Assembly (NCBI GenBank): GCA_000708835.1
Contig: DF237015.1
Coordinates: 124,001-188,000 of the forward strand
Length of the DNA stretch: 64,000 nt
From: Klebsormidium nitens
Lineage: Eukaryota > Plantae > Klebsormidiophyceae
Direction: 5' to 3'
Shown here: positions 37,601 through 47,821 of the stretch, one piece after another
Layout of the letters: every line of letters begins with the position of its first letter
Numbering within the stretch: the first letter of the stretch is position 1
Made by a program: the position numbers and the translations under genes
The notes under the pieces: model-generated
The model's input: the letters and a program-made list of their open reading frames with translations, nothing else
Databases searched by the model: none
What the model was told of the DNA's origin: nothing

Positions 37601-40600
37601 GTGCGTTTCAAATTCGCTGCACAGGCCGCTCAGTAGCCAAATCTTGCCCTCATTCGCCCTAGCCTGGTTTTTGCAAGATCCGACAGCCTCACTCTCAACG
37701 TCCAGGTATTGCAAGAGCAGAAGTCAGGTTGCATTGCTACCGCGCAATCATACACTTTCCTCTGTCGAATGATGGAAATCATATGACCAGTCTTCTTTGA
37801 TCATTCCGGCCGCAGCTGTTCCGCCACATGACCAACGGCGCGCGGAAGTACCTTCAGAAGCTGGTGGAAAAAGGCCAGAAGATGGACCTGACGTCAGCCG
37901 TGAACGCCAAAATCATTACACACGGGTTCAACTATTCTTTGGCGACCGGAATGTGGGGAGAGCGAGGGACCGTGGGGATGATACCAGGGGTGTCTCAGGT
38001 GCACTTCTCCTTCCTCGTATTCTACTCTCTCGTGGTCATGTTGTTACGCTGAAAGTGAACTTCGGATCAGGAATGCTTTCCGCTTGAGCCCTTTTCGAAT
38101 TTCAGCGCACCTTCCAATCACGACACTTCGTTCAGTCCCGGCTCAAACATCGCCTTTCAATCCCACGATAGTTATGTTTCCAATCTGTCCTTCCTCTCAA
38201 GCACCACCAACTGCATTCTGGATAGCCGTTAACTCCGGTTTAGCCTCACCATCGGATGAAGTCATCAACTACCCATTTGATGACGTCAGGACCTCGAACG
38301 CGACACATACGCCTGGACGATATCCCTGCTCCGCCACATCGCTTCCCCCCTCTCGGAGAAGGGCAAACTGTCCAAACCGCGCCAGCTCCACAACTCCCAC
38401 TGGGGCAGGATCTGCCCGGTGGAAACCCCCGAGGGCGCGTCTTGTGGGCTGACGAAGAGCCTGGCGCTGAGCGCGTATGTGTCGGTTGGGTCTCCCCCCG
38501 GCCCGCTGCTGGAGTTTCTAGACGAGTGGATAACCGAGAGGCCGGAGGTGGGTTTTTGATGAATTATATTGCATCTTGAGAAAAAGAGCTCATGTGCCAG
38601 TTGAAATACGAGAAATGTGAACATTTTCTTGAGATGGAAGAGGGTCAAATTTTTATCCAGCTTCAACCTTAGACGAGTGGACAACTAAGAGACTTGAGGT
38701 GGGTTGAAGACGAGTTTTTGAACAAGCGAAGTGTGGTGAAACGAAGTTTGTGCCCAGTATTCGAGATACACGGAGANNNNNNNNNNNNNNNNNNNNNNNN
38801 NNNNNNNNNNNNNNNNNNNNNNNNNNNNNNNNNNNNNNNNNNNNNNNNNNNNNNNNNNNNNNNNNNNNNNNNNNNNNNNNNNNNNNNNNNNNNNNNNNNN
38901 NNNNNNNNNNNNNNNNNNNNNNNNNNNNNNNNNNNNNNNNNNNNNNNNNNNNNNNNNNNNNNNNNNNNNNNNNNNNNNNNNNNNNNNNNNNNNNNNNNNN
39001 NNNNNNNNNNNNNNNNNNNNNNNNNNNNNNNNNNNNNNNNNNNNNNNNNNNNNNNNNNNNNNNNNNNNNNNNNNNNNNNNNNNNNNNNNNNNNNNNNNNN
39101 NNNNNNNNNNNNNNNNNNNNNNNNNNNNNNNNNNNNNNNNNNNNNNNCTTAAGATTAGCCTTGAGATGTAAGAGGGACATCATTTAAACAAGGTGCAATA
39201 TCCTGGACCTGTGTTTTTCTGCGGAAGAGGTGTGTTTTGGCGTGAGGATATCGCTGCGCCCTTGTCAAAAGGGTGTAATAATGCCTTCTGTAAGTAACGA
39301 ACAGACTTTTGAAAGGTGAAACGAGACAGGGGGTGGAGCTTGGCGGCAGTCCCCGTTTTCTCTTTGATTTCGCTTTACAGCGGATTGCTTTTAGTCTATT
39401 CTGTCGACTTTCTGAACTGTTCTAGGCTTTCTACCGAGACGACCACAAACATATTTCCAGTTGAAGCATCCCCAGTAGGAGAAGCATTTCCCGACTGTTT
39501 TGCTGGCCCTTGTCACCGCTTTTTGGAAGTTATCCCCAAGTGTTATCGCAGAGAGCCGGAAGCACATTCCGATTCACACCACCCTTTTTCCTCTTCAGAA
39601 CATTTCACCGAGCGCTCTCGCCGAATCGACCAAGATTTTTGTCAACGGCGCCTGGGTGGGCGTCCACCGGGACCCACAGCTTTTGGTGTCAACGCTGCGC
39701 CAGCTGCGGCGCCAGGTGGGCGGTAACACCGAGTTGGGCATCGTTCCGGACGTCCGCAACGGAGAGCTCAGGCTGCACACGGACGCCGGAAGGCTCTGCC
39801 GGCCGCTGTTCGTGGTGGAAAACGGGAAGCCGGTGATGAAGAAACGGGCGCGGCGAGAGGAGACCAACAACGAGGTAGGTTTAAGGAGCTAAAGGGTTAA
39901 GTTTAGCTTTTGCCGAGGTTTTTGAAAGAAGACAAGAAAATTTTGTGTCTGGCTTTTTATTAATCTGAAGTAAGACTTGGAAGCTATTTATGATACTGGG
40001 AATAGCGAAGCACAAAAGATTGATCTCAGGACTCACGGGTTCTGGATTGAAACCATCCCCAAATCAGATATTTCGTGTTTCTGAGAGGGTCAGGTACAAG
40101 ATCAACTATACGTTTCTCGACATGAAAGCACATCAAAAGAGCATGGTATATTACCGCCAGCAAAACCCTGCAATTGTGAACTATTCGTATCGTTCTTATC
40201 AGCACCTTCTTGAAAACGTTGGATTCGCCTTACCTAATCACGATCCCTCTTACCTAAACACCTTCCATCAACCCGGGACGTCTTTCGACAACCCTCGTCG
40301 GCCGTTCTACATCCCATCCCAGTACTTTCTCGTTTTCGTAGAGCAGGCCGCCCGAGGCTTCCAGGAAAGACCACAACCCTCAAATCGAAAAATCCTCTAA
40401 GATACTTATACTAAGCTCAAGTTATAACACGAACGAAGCTAACACTAAAGTCCTGAATCCAAAAGTTTACATATTCCGCACCCGTGCCCACCCTATACAT
40501 CCCCCTTGCCAACCCACCCGTCCCAGCGTTACAACCTGAGCTTACAACAATTATTCTATAGAGCGAATCAGATTGACTGCTCGAAAAGAACTCAAACCCC

Positions 40601-43600
40601 TTTTCCAACCCTCCAAACCTTGCAGGACGGCGGCCCGGTCTGCTGGCGCGCGCTGCTCGCCGCGGGCGGCATCGAATATCTGGACGCGGCGGAGGAAGAG
40701 ACGGCCATGGTCGCCATGACCCTCGCCGACCTCGCGCGCGCTCGCGCGCGCCCGCGCGACGCTCTCGCCGACGTCAGCTATGCCCACTGCGAGATCCACC
40801 CGTCGCTCATCTTCGGCGCCTGCGGTTCCGCCGTTCCGTTCCCGGACCACAACCAGCCGGTCCGGAACACGATGCAGGCCAAGATGGCGACGCAATCCTG
40901 CGGGATCCCCCTCACTAACTACCAGCTGAGGCTGGACACGACGACGCACGTGCTGTGCGACCCGCAGAAGCCGCTGGTGACGACACGTGGCGCGGGGTGT
41001 TCGCACTTTCGGGAGCTGCGCGCGGGCCAAAACGCGATCGTGGCGATTATGTGCTACTCGGGGTATAACCAGGAGGACACTGTGATTATGAATCAGGCGT
41101 TCATCGACCGGGGGCTCTTCCGGTCGCTTTACTACAGGACGATCAGGTATGGCTTGCCCGGTAAAACGGCTCGAGAAGCGCTCGTGTTTCTGCACTGCTG
41201 TTTTCTGGGGCCCGAGGCTACTCTTTAGGTTTCAGTGACGGAGGGTATAGCGTTCTATTTTTGAAGGCTCTTGAATAGTTCAGGACCCTCGTGAGGTTGT
41301 AAAACAAGGATTGTTCTGGACCAGACGAACTTCGATTTTGAAGTTCAATTATATCCAGCCAGTCCAGTTCAGGTCTCTGATTTTGCGTGGCTGTGAAGGG
41401 GAATGAGGAGTAGCAGGTTCGAGAGGCAGATGCGCCGCAGCCGTGATTCAGGTATCTCTTCTCTGAATTAATAAGATGGAGAGAGCACTTACGTCGTATC
41501 ATTTAAAGTTGTCAAAGGGGACACTTACTTGACGTTAAGCCCTTCACGCACATCATTTAAAACTCAAGAGAGATAATAGTAAGCCAAGATAATAATAAGC
41601 TCCGACTAACCCTAAAATCCTAACCCAAAAAGACACCCGCTCCGCACCCCTACCCACCCTAACCACCATACTAACTCTACCCGTCCCAGTGTGGTTACCT
41701 CACTATTATCTCGGCTTACTACTAATCTTCTTGAATTTGATACATCATCCTACAAACGACGGAGCGTCGAGGTTCATTTGTGACGTGTACCTCGTGCAGG
41801 GACGAAGAGAAGACGGTGGACGGGAAGAGAGGTCTGAAAGAGAGGATCGAGCGTCCGGACCCAACGAAGACAGCCAAAATGTATCTCGGCAGCTTCGACA
41901 AGCTGGACTCCGACGGATTGGTGGAGCCGGTAAGTGTTCGAATTCTTAATTCTTAATTCTTACTCCTCTCTTGACCGGTCAATCCCTTTGAGCACTTGTT
42001 CTGTCGTCCAACACTCCGGTCCGGCTTTCGGACTGTCCAAGTTTTGGTTTCCGCCTGAGTCGTTAGGTCTCCTGTCACGTGTTAGAAGTATTTGCGCNNN
42101 NNNNNNNNNNNNNNNNNNNNNNNNNNNNNNNNNNNNNNNNNNNNNNNNNNNNNNNNNNNNNNNNNNNNNNNNNNNNNNNNNNNNNNNNNNNNNNNNNNNN
42201 NNNNNNNNNNNNNNNNNNNNNNNNNNNNNNNNNNNNNNNNNNNNNNNNNNNNNNNNNNNNNNNNNNNNNNNNNNNNNNNNNNNNNNNNNNNNNNNNNNNN
42301 NNNNNNNNNNNNNNNNNNNNNNNNNNNNNNNNNNNNNNNNNNNNNNNNNNNNNNNNNNNNNNNNNNNNNNNNNNNNNNNNNNNNNNNNNNNNNNNNNNNN
42401 NNNNNNNNNNNNNNNNNNNNNNNNNNNNNNNNNNNNNNNNNNNNNNNNNNNNNNNNNNNNNNNNNNNNNNNNNNNNNNNNNNNNNNNNNNNNNNNNNNNN
42501 NNNNNNNNNNNNNNNNNNNNNNNNNNNNNNNNNNNNNNNNNNNNNNNNNNNNNNNNNNNNNNNNNNNNNNNNNNNNNNNNNNNNNNNNNNNNNNNNNNNN
42601 NNNNNNNNNNNNNNNNNNNNNNNNNNNNNNNNGTCCATCCTTCAAAGGGTTCTGACGCTTATCATCAACCTCTTGAACCGATTAAGAAGAGAAGTTAAGA
42701 CAACATCACCCCAAGCCGCCCATGATCGGCTTCATAAACAAAACCCTACACCTTAAGTATAAATTGAAGAACGCGTGTTCAGGGCACCCGCATCTCGAGC
42801 GGGGACGCGCCTGACGTGGTAATCGGGAAGACTGCCCCGGTGGCACCGGTTGATGAACCACCGGGCGAAGCAAGTCGGGTCAACTGCAGCACCCTCCAGA
42901 AGCAAGACGGCATCATCGATCAGGTAGGCATGAACCGGGCGAGGATCTAAGGGAACTTCCCCCTTTCATTTATCATTTTGCAGCCCCGGTCTTGACTTAG
43001 GGTTCTCTACACATAATCTCCGCCTTTGTCGATTCCAAAGCGCCAATTTTTTTAAATGCACAGATTTTTTGGCAAAGGTCTAACTCTCAAAAAAGACACG
43101 GGACCTTTCCTACGAAAACCGGAGGATATCGATTTGTTCGTAGAAGTTGAGATGTGGCTCCTCGGCAATCCTGTCTATTTGACGCCCAGGTACTCCTGAC
43201 GGAGAACGAGAGCGGGCAGAAATTGGTGAAGGTCCGCGCGCGCTCGGTGCGGGTCCCGCAGATCGGGGACAAGTTCAGCAGCCGGCACGGGCAGAAGGGC
43301 GTCGTGGGCATGACGTTACCACAGGTGGGCGGTGGCAAAGCCAGTCTCTTTTTAAGGCCGGGAGAGATTGGAATAGATTCTGCTGGGGCCAAGTAAAGAA
43401 GATCTGTGCCATCAAGATTCAGGTTCTGTATGGAAAGGAGCTCCAGCTCTTCGGAGAAAGGGACAAGAAGCTTCCGAACTGACAAACAATAAAGTCCAGT
43501 CCTGTAATCCGTACAAGACGCCTCGTAACCATCGATATCTGCCTAATGATGACATGTCGTTATGTTTGTAAGCTTGTTCGGCTGTCCCTTGTAGACGATT

Positions 43601-46341
43601 CCTCCGTAACGAACTATTGTGGAGAGCCCCTAATCCAAAGCTAAGCCGCGGCTGAAAGATTCTGATTCTTCGGATGACGTTCCCCCACCTCACATGTCAA
43701 TCATCATCTCCCATGCAGGAGGACATGCCATTCACCCGGGATGGCGTCACGCCTGATATCATCGTGAACCCGCATGCTATCCCCGGCCGCATGACGATCG
43801 GCCACCTCATCGAGTGCGCGGCCGGCAAGGCCGCCGCCTGCAAGGGGAAGGAGTGGGACGCCACGCCCTTTGCTGACGTCACGGTGAGTACACGTCGCTC
43901 ACGTCATGGTGGATCCCCCTTTGTAGACTTTCTGCTTTCCTCGCACAGGAAGAAGCTCTTTCCCTTCACAGTGTAAGCTGGTAAAGTATGGTAGTTTACT
44001 GAACGGACTGCATCCGGTGACATTCTTGGGTGCAGAGTGGGACTGCGCAGAGAATGATGGTCAGATCTTAATATGGAAAACTGTAAAAGCCTTATGTAGC
44101 CGTTCTGACTAAGATTTCATCATTCTTAAAGCTATGTAGCTGTAGGGACGCCATTGTCATTCAGAGTATCGACGCCTCACTCAGCGGGTTAAGCACTTGA
44201 GACAAGACAATTCCGAGTGAAGCTTATCAGGTAAAAGAGACTTCGACCAACATCACTTTACACATCCACGAGGTGATTGACTGGACGTTTCCAAAGCTCC
44301 CCCTCTGCACATCGTCTACGATTGGCTCCCCCACTCTTCCTCAGGTCGAAAGTTTCCCGGTCAAGAAAATGGACGAGACCGAGCTGAAGCAGCTCGGAGT
44401 CGGCGGCCGGTGCGAGATCTGCCGAAGGAAGCTAGCGGTTGGGGACGCGTGTCAGCAGATGGCACCCTGCGGCCACGTGTTCCACTCTGATTGCCTGGCG
44501 CCGCGCCTAGAGGAGGGAAACGCGTGCCCAAGTTGCCTCAACGTGGTGAGAATCGTTTCCCTGCCAAAGGTTCCAATTCAAAGCTGTCAAACACCCGGGT
44601 AGAACGGGCTTAGCTCCCATAAGGGTTAGGCTTCGTACCGGCTTTTTCCGGCCATCACTTTGAGTAGCGCCGGTCGCTCCTTCGACCGAGGTACCGTCGG
44701 ACAGCTTAAGGCGGCCTGTGTGATATCGCGACTATCCTTCTGAGATTCATAGATTAAAGCATCGGCAAAACCTGGCATACAGACAAACGTTTGCCCAGAG
44801 ATTACTCTTTGAGTCCTGTACCTGATTGCTACTGTAAGGCTCTGGCGGCAATTTTAAGCCGTTTCCATAGGCTGACGAGGGCGAAATTTCGTGTTGGTGT
44901 CAAAAAACAAAGGTGATTTATCAGAGTCATGCCACTGATCAAATAGTGCACATGAGAGTCTGCCATCAGAGCACCAGACTTCAGGCGTCCTCTAATAGAA
45001 AAGGAGACTTAGCCGTCACTCATTGGAGATCTGAAAGCCCCTTAGAATCCAAATTAGTAAGCGAAGGAATTGCGAACCCTGAACAACCAGAACTTGGGAA
45101 AATCTTGAATCTACAGGTGGACCAGGTTTCTACGGCGCTCCAAGCGTGCGGTTATCAGAACAGGGGAAATGAGGCAATGTACAACGGGAAAACGGGGCGC
45201 AAACTAGAGGCGAGGGATCTTTGTGGGGCCAATCTTTTACCAGCGGCTCAAGCACATGGTGGAGGACAAGATTTGCGGCAGAGCAAGGGGCCCGATGCAG
45301 GCAAGGGCTCTGATTCTCTGTGTTTCTTCATCTCGTATTTACTTTCCGCGAGCTTTGAAGAGGTGTCGCGTCAGTTTCGGTGCGGACCACCCTTGGAGAC
45401 CAAACTTACGCAGAAGTACGAGCCGGTGCTGCCCGGCGATTCATTTCTCGTCGTAAGATGCTACAAAAAGCCACGCCCTGTGTATCGCGATCAAGGATCT
45501 AGATTGACAAGTGAGCATCTTGTAGAGTAGCGGAACCAGTTTCGACAACGAGTTGAAATGGCGGAAGGATGTTTTCGATGAGCGGAATTAAGATTCATCG
45601 GGGGTCCCGCCATGCCTTCTGAGGATCATTTAAGCAACCTGCCAACCAGTCTGGTTGAAAGCTGCCGAATGATCATTGCCCGAAGTACTTGATTAAGAGA
45701 TCTAATCGCACGAACTGACGACCACTCTACTACCCAACGAAAGCCCCAAAAACCCACTCCTTGGGAGACAGCTAAAAGCTGACGTTCTCACCGCAGCCGC
45801 TGACGCGGCAGCCCGTGAAGGGCCGCGGCAAGGCGGGCGGGCTGCGCTTTGGGGAGATGGAGCGCGATCGCGCGATTGCGCACGGCGCCGCGCGTTTCCT
45901 GAAGGAGCGCATGATGGACCAGAGCGACGCCTGCCGCGCGCACCTCTGCGCGCGGTGCGGCCTGCTCGCGAGCGCGCGCGGGTGCCCGGGGTGTGCGACG
46001 TCGGCGGTGGTACAGGTGGGGCTCGCTACAGCTGAAACGTTCTTTGTCAGTACGGCCGCCTTGCGGTGTGTCTCAGGGCCCGAACTTACTAGATCGGAAG
46101 CCATGCCTTCCGCCTTGTATCATGACCCTTCTTCGGGGCTTCGTTATTGTGCAAGGAGGTTTTGTTGTGTACAAAGTTCGCTTCTGCAATGACGTTCACT
46201 CTCATCTTTGTGGGTCCTTTCCAGAAGTCATGGTTGACCAATGCGCTTCCTTTCCTGCTCCAGGTGGAAATACCGTATGCCTGCAAGCTTCTGTTCCAAG
46301 AGCTTATGGCGATGGGCATAGCTCCTCGGATGTACGCCTAA
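34681..46341 (+). CDS. Divergent RNA polymerase II second-largest-subunit (RPB2)-like gene. About 16 exons, an apparent +1 frameshift at ~45215, and a possible inserted RING exon.
   Basis: Collinear RPB2 motifs: [154 protein letters not shown] (not the MHGQKG of NRPD2) places it on the RPB2 side. No symbol is given because orthology is unresolved. Confidence 0.92.
44345..44545 (+). CDS. RING-H2 (C3H2C3) zinc-finger exon within an intron position of the RPB2-like gene
   Basis: CEIC-x15-CGH-x2-H-x2-C-x10-CPSC gives all 8 ligands. Acceptor ccccactcttcctcAG lies before 44345 and donor GTG|GTGAGA after 44545. The exon is 201 nt (67 codons), phase 0 at both ends. Confidence 0.8.
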
Positions 46342-47821
46342 AAGCGCCAAGATCGACGAGCGTGTGCGAGCCGTTCTTCCAAACCGACACGCAATTCTGC
46401 TTTAAACTTGGCGACCAGGCTGCCCTTCGGGAAAGCAGTGAATCAGGACGTATTGGAATGACCCAATAAGAAACTTTAACGGCAAATGTAATGATCGAGA
46501 GTTTATATCGGCTACGAACGTGGGCGAGGGATTGGATAGTTGTTGCATGATTCCTTGTGCCATGCAAGTCGTCCTTTCTGATGCGTGAAGTGATTTCGTT
46601 CTTTACGTGCGACTGTAGTACGGGAAAGCGTAAGTAAAGGCAGGTCGGAGACCAGCTGAAGTGATCACGACTTTTCTATGTGATGGGGAGCAGGACATAG
46701 AGCATCCTACGAAAGCAAGATGCTTCAACCGCACACTTGTAAGTGCACTTCGTCAAAGACGGGAACGATAAAGAGTACTCGTAGATCGTCCACCAAGTCT
46801 CCATCTATCTACAGAAGGCTGACTTCAACAGAATTCAGGAAATTCAGAAGGGCTCTGTAAAATCGATGCAATCAACTTGACAGCAGCGTCGGCTCACTTT
46901 GACGCCGCACGCATGATTCAGCATTCGAAATGAGAACAGGAAAGCTTGGTGGATGTACATATCCGTCTGTGCGCAACGTTTCGGTAGATCCATCCTGATT
47001 GATTGTTGCCATCAAGACGTTGGCACGGACTATCAAACGGCACCATATATATTGCCAAAACTCACGCTGGGCCGCCCTGATTGCTGGCAATCTCAAACAA
47101 GATACCTATTAGGACGACATTATTGAATCGATCTTTCACTGAGCGGCTTTGAGACACATTAACAAAGTCTGAATGTGATTTCCGATGGAGACATACGTGT
47201 AGCAGCAGCGCGCAGCAATGCAAGCGGACTACGGATATGTGAGGTTCAAGTTGAAGCGCGATCGTGCTTTATCGCAAGCGCGGGCATAATTGGTGGAGCC
47301 CATCAGATGAAGACCAGCTGCCAGCCCGAGCGATGTCCACTGGACGCACATATGCCCACGGTTGCATGTTCGGGCGCCCCGCTCGTGTGTGCGGCGTGCG
47401 CATGTACGGGAAGCTAAGCNNNNNNNNNNNNNNNNNNNNTTGCATAAACACGTAGGTATTCGGACGGTCCGCACTGGTGTCGCGCCAAAAATCTTCGAAA
47501 TTCTGAGTCCAGCTTGTGAACCAGCCTCAAAATCAGAGTCCTGAAAGCGTACGTTCATGGCTACCTTGGGCTACCTATGGTATTTTCCAATTCGCTTGTA
47601 GCGGTAGAGGAGGCGCTGAAGCTTGGAAGCGGGGCGCTGTTGAGCACTGAAGGATAGGGAGCCATACTGCTAAAGATCACCTGGTTGCTTCGGAGGTACA
47701 GGACTCAAAACTGCGATTCGGCGACAGGAAAAACGTTAGTTGGATCAAACAGTCGTGGCGTGGCATTTGTTGTAGCTTCATCCTCTAGGAAGTGAGAGGT
47801 AGGATTTCTCTGTCCGGTGCA

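Noticed and set aside
41590-41710. CCCTAA-like telomeric words in RPB2-like introns (also ~40470-40530)
   Set aside because: Scattered and non-tandem; C/A-skewed low-complexity intron sequence rather than an interstitial telomere array.
44273-44602. Stand-alone 109-aa RING gene as given by the ORF track
   Set aside because: It uses a GTG start, and the flanking residues are intron-like. Splice signals delimit 44345-44545, so an exon is the better model, though a nested gene is not fully excluded.
34681-46341. Calling the gene NRPD2/NRPE2 (Pol IV/V)
   Set aside because: It retains [12 protein letters not shown] and overall RPB2-like sequence, and lacks the NRPD2-type changes I recall. A phylogeny is needed.
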